Positions 1 to 9,388 of a stretch of DNA of 64,000 nt are shown here, in pieces (position 1 is the stretch's first letter; each line of letters opens with the position of its first letter). The position numbers and the translations under genes were made by a program. This DNA is from Candidatus Bathyarchaeia archaeon. Its GTDB lineage: Archaea; Thermoproteota; Bathyarchaeia; 40CM-2-53-6. Under the pieces are notes generated by a model that did not search any database, was not told the origin of the DNA, and saw only the letters and a program-made list of their open reading frames with translations. Location: NCBI GenBank assembly GCA_049517415.1, contig JBEKSC010000012.1:14107-78106 (forward strand), written 5' to 3'.

Positions 1-297
1 TTGCTATCGTACTCCTAAGGTGAGGAAAGTTTGGAGCGACAGAACCGCACCCTCAGGATTTCTAGTAGAAATCTAAGGCACAGATGATAACTCACGAGAA
101 TCATTCTCCAAATCTATGGCCTACATGTACTTCTCTACTCCCATAGCGACGTCCTAAGTCAAGAGCTACTAAGAGATTTTGAGCCATATCTATGTGACAC
201 CCGGAAACGCATTGACGCTCGAGTTAACTTTCTTCCCAGCCACTCAAACAGGCTTAAAATCCCCATCGGCGCAGCCAGAGATGTCTACGCCCGAGAC

Positions 298-1041
298 ATG
301 GAAATCTTCACGAAATCAAACATTCGATACTTGAGGTTCGGAAAGAGTAGCGCCGCAAGAATCAATCTTAGGACTGGGAGTGTTGACGTCTTTCTGGAGA
401 GACGCCTCGAGAGAACTCCTATCCCAAGGTCCTTCGCGAAATGGTCCGTAATAGTTGGCCTCGAGGGCAAGAATCGATTTCCTCTCCACTCGTCAGCAGT
501 TCAAGACAGAAAACGCATACGTATATTCGTGGGACGCTCCGGAACCGGCAAAACCACTCTACTGCTGCTTCACCTCGCGCGCGGAGACATTGTACTGACT
601 GACGATGTACTCTTCCTTGGCAGAGGGGAAGCTTACCCGTTCTTGTTTCGAGGAAACGTACGCAAGGAAACTCTAAGCAATCTCCGCCGCTGTGGCGACT
701 CGGTCAGCTCGCGTCTGAAGGCCGGATTGATAGACTTTGCGTCGATTTTTCCTTCTAGACTCGACCGAGTTCAGCTAAATGACGTGGCCGTGTATTACCT
801 TAACGTCTGGCATTCGCGCACTAGCAGAATTCAACGTGTTAATCCTGGGCGAATGGTGGGTTTGCTCACCGACACTTACATTTCAGAAATGAACCAATCC
901 TACTGGTTCGGTTGGCGCACTCGCGAAAGAATCTCAAAGGTCATGCAGGTCTATTCGAACTTTCTCGAAAACGCAGATTGCTATGAACTTCTAGCCGGAA
1001 GTGATTTGTCTCAATTATACAACCTTATACAACGTAGTTGA
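298..1041 (+). CDS. HPr-kinase-related P-loop kinase
   Basis: LHSSAV...GRSGTGKTT Walker A and LTDD motif of HprK-related kinases; frame is open upstream to 91, so the real start may be earlier. Confidence 0.65.
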   Translation: MEIFTKSNIRYLRFGKSSAARINLRTGSVDVFLERRLERTPIPRSFAKWSVIVGLEGKNRFPLHSSAVQDRKRIRIFVGRSGTGKTTLLLLHLARGDIVLTDDVLFLGRGEAYPFLFRGNVRKETLSNLRRCGDSVSSRLKAGLIDFASIFPSRLDRVQLNDVAVYYLNVWHSRTSRIQRVNPGRMVGLLTDTYISEMNQSYWFGWRTRERISKVMQVYSNFLENADCYELLAGSDLSQLYNLIQRS

Positions 1042-2282
1042 GACCAGGGCTCTTACAACAAACCATGGGAACACTCATGGACAGTGCTGCCTTCGACGCG
1101 AACAAGCAATTAGTGGAGGTACTAGCTAGAGGACTTGGGGTGGATCAAACCGCCACACCCTCCATTAGGAAGCAGAGTGCCACTCCTGCTTTGATGCTTG
1201 AAGCCGCAATCGCCAATGACGTTTTCTATCCGATCTACAATTGGTTGAAGCGCGAGTCCCTTAGAGACAAGACGTTGAAAGGAAGGTATGAGCGTCTATT
1301 CTACCAATACGTCACTGGTCAGTCTATCCAACAAGCAGAAGCAGCGAATCTCCTAAGGACCTTCAAAGAAAAAGGACTGGAAGTCATGCCTCTAAAGGGA
1401 CTTTTTCTTTCCACTCAATACTACAAAGACCCGTTAATGCGCTACTCCCGCGACTGGGATTTCTTGTTCAAATCCAAAACCGATCGATTCTTCGCCGAAA
1501 AAGCACTAGTCAAAGCAGGATATCATGTCAGCTTCGCTCTGCCACTCCAAACGACATTCAGCAAGCGCATTTCGCGGTTCTCCGCTCATTGCGAGACGCA
1601 TAGCGTCCCGATCTCTTTGACACTTTCGTTCGGGTATCCACTGTGGTACGACTTATGGTCCAGGTCACGATCGGCTCAGTTAATGGGCTCTCCCGCTCAT
1701 TTGATGCAGCCTGAAGACGCGTTCATGGTACTGTGCGCTCACGCTCTTACGAAAGGACTACTTTCAATGCGAGATCTCATGGACTTCATTGTGATCCTAA
1801 GAGAATTCGACTCGTCCAGTTGGAATCATTTGAAGCGGCTTTCAGAGGCCCCAATTTGGCGGTACATAATTGCGGTTCCCTTGGTCATATATTCCACAAT
1901 CGGCGAGATCCTCCTGTCAAGGGAACTTGTGCCAAAGGAAATGGTTCGTTTCTTTGCTACTGACACAAGCATCCGAATAGAAGATTCAAGGAAACTCGTC
2001 GGTTTTCTCCTTAGAGAGCATGGAATGCCCATTGACCTGCGGTATGTAATGAGGTATTTCGGCTATTCCGGGACACCATTATTCGAAGTTTACTTACTAT
2101 GGAACGAAGGGCGCGAACTCACATTCTTCGGAATAATCAAAACAATATTCCTCGAAGGCTGTCAGAGTCTAGCCCTCGCAAGATCTGAATTGAACCAAGG
2201 ATACGCGAAGAACTGTGTTCAATCCTATCTTTCAACATACATATTGCGATACTTCAGAAGATACAGAGCTGGAGCCGCGTAA
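1038..2282 (+). CDS. Nucleotidyltransferase family protein (NTP_transf_5-like)
   Basis: PLKG...YY.DP..R.SRDWDFL motif; start overlaps the kinase stop. Confidence 0.75.
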   Translation: MRPGLLQQTMGTLMDSAAFDANKQLVEVLARGLGVDQTATPSIRKQSATPALMLEAAIANDVFYPIYNWLKRESLRDKTLKGRYERLFYQYVTGQSIQQAEAANLLRTFKEKGLEVMPLKGLFLSTQYYKDPLMRYSRDWDFLFKSKTDRFFAEKALVKAGYHVSFALPLQTTFSKRISRFSAHCETHSVPISLTLSFGYPLWYDLWSRSRSAQLMGSPAHLMQPEDAFMVLCAHALTKGLLSMRDLMDFIVILREFDSSSWNHLKRLSEAPIWRYIIAVPLVIYSTIGEILLSRELVPKEMVRFFATDTSIRIEDSRKLVGFLLREHGMPIDLRYVMRYFGYSGTPLFEVYLLWNEGRELTFFGIIKTIFLEGCQSLALARSELNQGYAKNCVQSYLSTYILRYFRRYRAGAA

Positions 2283-2428
2283 GCTCTACGCCATATTGTT
2301 TGAAGTAACCTCTTCTGCAGACACTCCTGCGGGAACACAGTGCTCGCAATGCCAATTTGAATTAGTTATGCAAATCAAACCCAAAGACATATGTCAAACG
2401 CCAAGTGGGAAATACGCAGTGTCCCTGA

Positions 2429-2761
2429 ATGAAAATTGAAAATGTGCCTTTTCATACTATTATGTGGTCCACGATATCGCCTACAGAACACCCCGGCGAA
2501 CAAGGTAAGGCTCTCTGGAGGACCGTAACTGTTGGGAATATCCGTGTTCGCATGGTGGAATACTCGCCTGGGTACGTAGCAAATCACTGGTGTTCTCGCG
2601 GACATGTACTATTAGTGCTTCAAGGCGAGTTGATCACTGAGCTAAAAGACGGACGCAAGTTTGTTCTACAACAGGGCTCAAGTTACCAGGTCTCGGATGA
2701 TGACGCGAATCCCCATAGGTCACGGACGGAGAAAGGGGCACAGCTGTTTATTGTTGATTGA
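2429..2761 (+). CDS. DHCW-motif cupin protein
   Basis: HPGEQGKALWRT, YSPGYVANHWCSRGH, C-terminal LFIVD. Confidence 0.85.
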   Translation: MKIENVPFHTIMWSTISPTEHPGEQGKALWRTVTVGNIRVRMVEYSPGYVANHWCSRGHVLLVLQGELITELKDGRKFVLQQGSSYQVSDDDANPHRSRTEKGAQLFIVD

Positions 2762-2788
2762 ACCTCAGCGACGAAACCCATATGACAA

Positions 2789-3343
2789 TTGAGTCTGAGC
2801 CTGGCGTTCCAAGAAGAATATTATCTACAACAAAAGGGTCAAGTCGTGGGCGAGGGATCGAGCCTGGAACCTGCTGAAGGAGTGATCATCGACACTGTCG
2901 AGGATGTGATGGGCCAAACATCAGACACTCGCTACGATCTCCTGTTCACAAATAGCCAGGTAATTGCAGCCATCGTTCTTCACCCATCAGATCTCACACC
3001 AGCGTATACCAAAAGAGCCGGATTGCAAGAACTAGCAATGGGGGCTGCAATACGAATGCGGCAAGTTCGAGCGTTGTCGAGAAAAATAGAGAACGAGAGA
3101 AGACAGGGATTCAAGAACAAGACGCCGGACGCAATTCTTAGAACTCATAGGGCTAGTTTCAAAATATCTTACAAGGATATTTTTTCTGCGAAAGTTGTCG
3201 AAGGTCTATTTGGCGTTAGGCTTGAGTTCGACGCGTACGCGATGAATGGAATCCGCAGAAAGTTCAAGTTCAAATTGCATACAGCGGATCAGGAGAATGT
3301 GAGAAGGCTGCTAAACCTTACTCTGCCGGGCAAAGTTGTTTAG
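2789..3343 (+). CDS. Hypothetical protein
   Basis: Protein-like 184-aa ORF; start uncertain. Confidence 0.6.
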   Translation: MSLSLAFQEEYYLQQKGQVVGEGSSLEPAEGVIIDTVEDVMGQTSDTRYDLLFTNSQVIAAIVLHPSDLTPAYTKRAGLQELAMGAAIRMRQVRALSRKIENERRQGFKNKTPDAILRTHRASFKISYKDIFSAKVVEGLFGVRLEFDAYAMNGIRRKFKFKLHTADQENVRRLLNLTLPGKVV

Positions 3344-3563
3344 CTCACTCAATTATTTTGCGATTTCGTGTGATAATGACGTTCACGGTCGCGTGTCTCT
3401 TAGCGCTTATTGCCATTGTGCGGATAGAGGCGTTCGAGACTCTCAGCCACTATCGCAGAGCCAAGTGTTAGGATATCACTTAGTGATTGGAAATCGGTTG
3501 CACTAATAAGAAAGAATAATCGCAACTATTTCCGGTGCCTACAACGTCGACGGAGGAGACCGA

Positions 3564-4013
3564 TTGGATCTGGAGGATTACCTGAAGAAAAATGGCGTTT
3601 GGCATAGATTCCTAGCCAAGCCTGAGACCATTCACACAGCGGATGCGTCTCGCGAAACAGGAATCCAATTGAACAGGATCACAAAGAATCTCGTCTGCAA
3701 GACTTACGACGGAAACTACGCATTGTTAATTGTTCCAGGGAATCGAAAAGTCAACTTGAGGAAGGCGGCGCAGGCATTGAATACGCGCAACGTCCGCCTG
3801 CTAGGCTTCGACGAGGCTGAAGCGGTTAGTGGTTATGCACCTGGAGGAACCCCCTCCATCCACCATAAAACCCGAATGAAAGTCGTTCTTGACAGTGCCT
3901 TGCTAGATCAAGAAACAGTTTTTTGCGGAGGAGGGTCGAGGGACAGGCTCCTTGAACTGAATACCGAGGACGTGATAAGACTGGACGATGCAATCGTCGC
4001 CGACATATCGTAG
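3564..4013 (+). CDS. ybaK: YbaK/EbsC aminoacyl-tRNA deacylase
   Basis: ITKNLV, SGYAPGGTPS, GGGSR; GGAGG RBS upstream. Confidence 0.85.
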   Translation: MDLEDYLKKNGVWHRFLAKPETIHTADASRETGIQLNRITKNLVCKTYDGNYALLIVPGNRKVNLRKAAQALNTRNVRLLGFDEAEAVSGYAPGGTPSIHHKTRMKVVLDSALLDQETVFCGGGSRDRLLELNTEDVIRLDDAIVADIS

Positions 4014-4173
4014 TGAATCCTCTGCCTCGTTCTCATAGCGTAGGAATATTTCCCTTCAATCAGTTCGCTCACGTCCGTGACCTCAGAGGAATCGGGACAG
4101 ATGTTCTACGCGTAATGAGTCTCGTGTTGTTTAAGAGGCCGCTCGATCGATTTTCATTGAAAGAAGGTAATAT

Positions 4174-4968
4174 TTGATGCGTAAAGAGTTACTTGCAATG
4201 CTAGTCATTTCGGGGATTCTCGTTCCATTAGCTTACCAACCTGTCAGTAGCCAGCTAATTTCGATAACACGGACAACCACCGAGTCCTACACAATTACAT
4301 CCATTACAACTGGATCCTCTACGACATATTCTACAACAACTAATACAGGAATGCTCCGCTACCAGCATTGGCCATACGACTACGATTACCGAACAGGCAC
4401 ATTCACTCTTGAGCAGTATGAAGCGATAAGCACCAAGCGTTTCCCCTCATTTGAAGGGCCGGGACACATCTGCCTCTATTACGATTACTTTGTGTTTAAC
4501 GCAGTCGCGTCACAAGAAATCAGAGGTCATCTTGCGACTGCAAGCCCGATTAACTTCTATGTCTTAGATTTGAACCAGCTGATTGCGTTTAACAATTACT
4601 TTTGTGGAAATAATTTCGGGCCTTCGATCGTGACGGCATTCGCCTCCTCGTACGATTTTGATTGGACACCGCTTAGCACAGGAGTCTACGTATTCCTTTT
4701 TGCCACACAAAGCCTCTACGGTGCATACTACCCCATTTCCTTCATCGCGTACACTTACAATACAATAATTCAGACCACAACTCTCTCATACGCGACGACA
4801 TCATTCCAGACGCTTCAGAAGGTTGAGACGGTAGTTTCAAGCCTGATTACTACGGCGACAACCCAGAATGCATCCCTAACATTCCTGCCCGTAGTTCTTT
4901 CGATCATCGGTCTCGTTATCGTGTTCATTCTAATAGTAGCCGTGAAGAAACGGCACAGCAAGCCTTGA
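4174..4968 (+). CDS. Secreted Thr/Ser-rich membrane-anchored protein
   Basis: Signal peptide, Thr-rich linkers, C-terminal TM helix with basic tail. Confidence 0.75.
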   Translation: MMRKELLAMLVISGILVPLAYQPVSSQLISITRTTTESYTITSITTGSSTTYSTTTNTGMLRYQHWPYDYDYRTGTFTLEQYEAISTKRFPSFEGPGHICLYYDYFVFNAVASQEIRGHLATASPINFYVLDLNQLIAFNNYFCGNNFGPSIVTAFASSYDFDWTPLSTGVYVFLFATQSLYGAYYPISFIAYTYNTIIQTTTLSYATTSFQTLQKVETVVSSLITTATTQNASLTFLPVVLSIIGLVIVFILIVAVKKRHSKP

Positions 4969-5000
4969 GCGTTACTCAAAGGGAAGACCTGAAGACTTGA

Positions 5001-5129
5001 GGACTTCTTGTAGTTTCAGACGGAAAACTCACAGGAACAATCACAGCGGAAAGTTTCCTGAACATCGTCTCCCATTTTCCGGACAAGAGTACACGAGAGA
5101 TCTTGAGGTCTGTCGCTGGCCTGGCATAG
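5001..5129 (+). pseudogene. CBS-domain C-terminal remnant
   Basis: Reads GLLVVSDGKLTGTITAESFL... directly after an in-frame TGA, with no start codon. Confidence 0.45.
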
Positions 5130-5379
5130 GAGAGCTTCAGCAGGCCGATTTTCCACTTAATCCAAGGGTAATCCAAGGGTCACATGTGTAAGTCTTCTAA
5201 TAGGGCTAATCCCGCCCCCTACCCTTTTCGATGAACACACTACACTCCACTGAAGACCAAACAAACAGACCTTGTCTTTCGAGCTCCTCGTTTTGATTCG
5301 AGAAGAAGAGGAGTATGGTCTAATTCACAGCATCATTAGGAGCACGCAAAGTCTCGCTGAGCAATGCAGCCTAAAGCTG

Positions 5380-5405
5380 TATATATGAACACATATTCAT
5401 ATATA
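5380..5405. promoter_or_regulatory. SmtB/ArsR-type operator
   Basis: Perfect inverted repeat TATATATGAA-CACATA-TTCATATATA just before the ArsR gene; TGAAC...TATTCA core as in SmtB/CzrA operators. Confidence 0.85.
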
Positions 5406-5414
5406 TGGGCAAAA

Positions 5415-5786
5415 ATGTCCACTGTACGGATTGTTAGGGAAGGCGAAACATGCGACGTACGATGCCTAAACCCTACCAAAGTCAAGAAAATAGCCAAACT
5501 GTTTCCTAAGAATGAAACGTTGACAGAACTCTCAGACCTGTTTCAGTTACTGAGCGATCCGAATCGAATCAAGATATTATACGCTCTCTCTAGAGATGAA
5601 GTGTGTGTCTGTGACCTCTCAGCTCTCTTGGGCATGAGTGATTCTGCTGTTTCGCACCAACTTCGATTACTTCGAGCACTGAGACTTGTAAAGTCGAGGA
5701 GGGACGGTCGAGTAATTTACTATTCATTGGCGGATGACCATGTGACAAGATTACTTGCGATGTGCTTAGAGCATGAAAGCGAATGA
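5415..5786 (+). CDS. ArsR/SmtB (CadC/ZiaR-like) metalloregulator
   Basis: EVCVCDL box, SAVSHQLRLLR HTH, DDHV...EH alpha5 site; start moved downstream of the operator. Confidence 0.92.
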   Translation: MSTVRIVREGETCDVRCLNPTKVKKIAKLFPKNETLTELSDLFQLLSDPNRIKILYALSRDEVCVCDLSALLGMSDSAVSHQLRLLRALRLVKSRRDGRVIYYSLADDHVTRLLAMCLEHESE

Positions 5787-6432
5787 GCGAGGTACGGAAC
5801 GAGGCGTAGCTGTCGAATCTGATGATCTACTAAAACGAGGACTACTTGTCGAATACGCCAGTTTAGCATGGATGACTGCCGAAGCAGTTGGAGCCATTAT
5901 CGCTGGCACGTTTGCAGGCAGTTTGGCACTTCTTGCATTTGGTGGCGATAGTCTAATTGAGTTAGCTTCATCAATCGCCGTTGTGGGTCATCTCAGGGAA
6001 GAGAATAGTGGGCGGGGAAGTGATGATCGGACTGAGAAGGCTGAACAAGCTACTGTATTACTGCTCTTCCTGCTGATTCCTGTAATCGGGTTAGGTACAA
6101 CCTATGCGTATTTGAGCGGTGTTAAACCGGAGTTGTCGATTCTTGGTATTCTAGTAGCTGCGGGCGCGATTGTAATAATGCCAGTTCTCTGGTTTGAGAA
6201 GCGTCGAATTGGTAAGAAGGCAAATTGCTTGCCCATGGCAGTAGATGCTACAGAATCAGCTACTTGTTTTTCAATGTCAGTCGCGTTACTCGTCGGTCTT
6301 GTAGCCAACTTCTTGTGGAAACTGTGGTGGGTTGACTATGTGGCGACCGTGGTCATCCTATTTTTCCTATCGAGAGAGGCATGGGAATCATTTAGACACT
6401 TCAGAGCTGAGCGGCAGAGGAGTATGTTCTGA
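5773..6432 (+). CDS. Short cation-efflux (CDF-like) membrane transporter
   Basis: About 6 TM helices, GSLALLAFGGDSLIE, DATES, WWVD. Confidence 0.8.
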   Translation: MKANERGTERGVAVESDDLLKRGLLVEYASLAWMTAEAVGAIIAGTFAGSLALLAFGGDSLIELASSIAVVGHLREENSGRGSDDRTEKAEQATVLLLFLLIPVIGLGTTYAYLSGVKPELSILGILVAAGAIVIMPVLWFEKRRIGKKANCLPMAVDATESATCFSMSVALLVGLVANFLWKLWWVDYVATVVILFFLSREAWESFRHFRAERQRSMF

Positions 6433-6528
6433 TCAATCGTACTCTTCAAGAGTTGAAGGAAGTCGTGGCCAGAACACGGTAGAACGGCACACAACTAATT
6501 CGAACGCGAGTAGAAGATGAGAATTTAG

Positions 6529-8364
6529 ATGACTGATTCTGGCATTGAGCGAAAGGAAATCCTACGGCTTGTCCTGATGGGGTTTGCTGTTCTCTTCAGT
6601 TGGCTTGGGCTGTGGAGACTTTTACTGCCGATTGATTTGGTAGCCTTAGCATCTACGCTGATTGGAGGCTATCCGATCTACAAAGAAACGTTCGAGTCCT
6701 TGAGGCATAAGAAAATCAATATGGAAGTGTCGATGACCCTAGCGATCTTCGCATCATTATTGATCGGGCAGTTCACCGCGGCAACTGTTATCGCGTTCTT
6801 CGTGATCTTGGCGGAATTATTTGAGGCGATGGCGGTCGATAAAGGTAGGGCGACTATGCTCAAGCTGGAAGAAGCCACACCCAAGACGGCTTTGGTTAAA
6901 AGAAATGGAACGGAGATCTCGGTTGATGTTCGAACTCTATCGGCCGGTGAAATCGTAATCGTGAGGGATGGTGACCGGATTCCCGTAGACGGCATCATTC
7001 TTGGAGGATCCGCGTTAGTAAATCAAGCAAGCATTACAGGGGAGACCGTTTCAGTAGACAAGAGTGTGGGGAGCAGAGTATACGCAGGAAGTGTAGACGA
7101 ATCCGGGCTGCTTGAGGTTGAAACTGAAAGAATCGGCAACGAGACTGTCTTCGGCAAGATAATCGGACTAGTCCAACAAGCAGAGACTCATAAAGCCCCA
7201 ATTGAGAAGACTTCCGATAAACTCGCAACGAGGCTGGTTGAATTTGCTATCCTCTTTTCGTTGGTCACTTTCATAGTCACTAGAAATCTAATCTCCACAA
7301 TCTCAGTTATCGTGGTTGCGGGTGCCTGCGGCGTCGCTGCGGGAACACCTCTGGCGATGCTCGCTACGATAGGAAACGCAGCTAAGCGTGGCGTCATCGT
7401 AAAAGGTGGAAGTTACATTGAGGAAATGAACCGCGTGGACACCGTAGTAATCGATAAGACTGGTACATTGACTTTCGGAGTTCCTGAAGTCACTGATGTG
7501 ACCACCGTTGATGAGTGTGGGCAACGGGTGACCCTTCTACTCGCAGCAACAGCCGAAAAACATTCCACTCATCCCATCGCCAATGCAATAGTCGAGAAAG
7601 CCTCCGAACTAGGAATCAGACCCAACGAGCATTCCATCTTCAACTATACCCCGGGAAAAGGAGTTGAAGTTGAAAGCGAGGGACACAAAATCATCGTCGG
7701 AAATATTACTTTACTGAGTGAGAAGGGTGTCCCAGTCCCTACTCGCGCTTCAGAGTTAGCGTCTGCGAGAGCGGCTGAAGGGAAGACAGTCGTTTTCGTG
7801 GCGCATGGAGAGAAGGTCTGTGGACTGATAGCAGTTCAGGATAAAATTAGGGACGAGAGTAGAACAGCCATGACCGACCTTAAACGAATGGGAGTTAAGG
7901 CGATCATGTTAACAGGAGACAACAAGGTCGCAGCCCAGATAGTTGCTAACGAAGTAGGGATAAACGAAGTTTACGCGGAATTACTTCCTCAAGACAAGGT
8001 TGCCATCATAAAACGATTGGTAGCCGAAGGGCATCGGGTAGCAATGGTGGGAGACGGAATTAATGACGCCCCAGCCCTAGCTTACGCGAACGTCGGAATA
8101 GGAATGGGAGCAGGAACCGACGTGACCATCGAAGAAGCTGACGTCGTACTGATGACTAATGATCTACAGAAAATTTCATACCTAGTTAAAGCGAGCAAAC
8201 GGACGTATGGAACTATAATGCAAAACTTCTACGGCACATTAACGATCGACGGAATAGGCATGGGTTTGGCATTTCTAGGTATTTTAAATCCACTCTTGGC
8301 AGCCGGAATACACGTGTTTTCGGAACTCATTTTTCTCTTGAACTCTGCGAAACTGATACGGTGA
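6529..8364 (+). CDS. Heavy-metal-translocating P1B-type ATPase
   Basis: ITGET, DKTGTLT, HP, GDGINDAPAL; atypical ACG membrane motif. Confidence 0.92.
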   Translation: MTDSGIERKEILRLVLMGFAVLFSWLGLWRLLLPIDLVALASTLIGGYPIYKETFESLRHKKINMEVSMTLAIFASLLIGQFTAATVIAFFVILAELFEAMAVDKGRATMLKLEEATPKTALVKRNGTEISVDVRTLSAGEIVIVRDGDRIPVDGIILGGSALVNQASITGETVSVDKSVGSRVYAGSVDESGLLEVETERIGNETVFGKIIGLVQQAETHKAPIEKTSDKLATRLVEFAILFSLVTFIVTRNLISTISVIVVAGACGVAAGTPLAMLATIGNAAKRGVIVKGGSYIEEMNRVDTVVIDKTGTLTFGVPEVTDVTTVDECGQRVTLLLAATAEKHSTHPIANAIVEKASELGIRPNEHSIFNYTPGKGVEVESEGHKIIVGNITLLSEKGVPVPTRASELASARAAEGKTVVFVAHGEKVCGLIAVQDKIRDESRTAMTDLKRMGVKAIMLTGDNKVAAQIVANEVGINEVYAELLPQDKVAIIKRLVAEGHRVAMVGDGINDAPALAYANVGIGMGAGTDVTIEEADVVLMTNDLQKISYLVKASKRTYGTIMQNFYGTLTIDGIGMGLAFLGILNPLLAAGIHVFSELIFLLNSAKLIR

Positions 8365-8462
8365 TGGAAATTTGTTGATTCCGGCAACCAATTTTGAACC
8401 GCTATTATGTACCCTACGCAGACGAACAGCATCTTATCAGGGCTCTTCGTATGAATAGCACC

Positions 8463-9263
8463 TCAAGGCTGCTCTGGCTTAAGCGACCTTCCGTATCTGT
8501 TCGCAACGATTTCTGCAATTATGCTCAATGCTATTTCGGCAGGAGTCTTAGCGCCTATGTGGAGCCCTATTGGCGCCTTCACCTTAGCGAGAAGTTCCTG
8601 TGAGATGCCCTGCTCTCTCAGATTAGCGAATGTTCTGGCAATCTTCTCTCTGCTACCAATCATGCCAATATACCCGGGAAGGCTGGCTTTGGAGAGGCAT
8701 TCCTTCAGAACCACTTCGTCGTGCGCATGACCGTGGGTGATTATGACAACGCAGTCTCCTTCAGAAAAGTCCACGGATTTGATCACATTAGCAAACTCGC
8801 CAACTTTTACTTCATCCGCTTGCGGAAAACGCTCCTTGCTAGCAAAATCCTGTCGATCGTCTACGACGGCGACAGCGAATTCAAGAGTCTTGGCAAACTG
8901 GACGAGAGGAACAGCGATGTGACCACCCCCGAAGACGTACATCGTAGAAGGGCCCTGAATAGGTTCCATGAAGACCGTCACCTTTCCACCGCAAAGCACT
9001 CCGATGCTGTCTGCGCTCTCATCATCAAGCGCGAGCTCGAGCAGTCTAGTCTTCCTGTCAGATATGCAGCGTAGCGCTTCCTCGCGAACTTTTGCCTCGA
9101 GAAGACCTCCGCCGACTGTTCCCGAGATTTCGCCATTAGGATAGACTAACATGCGGAAGCCTGTTTTTCCGGGCGAGCCTTTCTCGCCCCCAACAACTGT
9201 TGCAAGGGCGGCGGCTTTTCGTTCTCGTTTAACCGCCATGATCTTTTCAAAGATATCGGGCAT
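8463..9263 (-). CDS. xdhC: XdhC/CoxI family Moco-maturation accessory protein
   Basis: GTVGGGLLE, CGG, FGGGHIA, YIGMIGS, APIGL.IGAKTP.EIA. Confidence 0.92.
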   Translation of the reverse strand: MPDIFEKIMAVKRERKAAALATVVGGEKGSPGKTGFRMLVYPNGEISGTVGGGLLEAKVREEALRCISDRKTRLLELALDDESADSIGVLCGGKVTVFMEPIQGPSTMYVFGGGHIAVPLVQFAKTLEFAVAVVDDRQDFASKERFPQADEVKVGEFANVIKSVDFSEGDCVVIITHGHAHDEVVLKECLSKASLPGYIGMIGSREKIARTFANLREQGISQELLAKVKAPIGLHIGAKTPAEIALSIIAEIVANRYGRSLKPEQP

Positions 9264-9388
9264 ATACCCCTCCTCGCTTCACATGGATAAGAATCATCGG
9301 GGTCTCCTACTCCGATCGCGCTGGGAACTCTTACTAGCATCTGTTACAAAGGGCATTCGTATGAAGGGCGGATAGGCGTACTCGTTCA

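Noticed and set aside
4998..5000. In-frame TGA before the CBS fragment as possible selenocysteine
   Set aside because: Not a Cys position, no upstream coding region and no SECIS seen.
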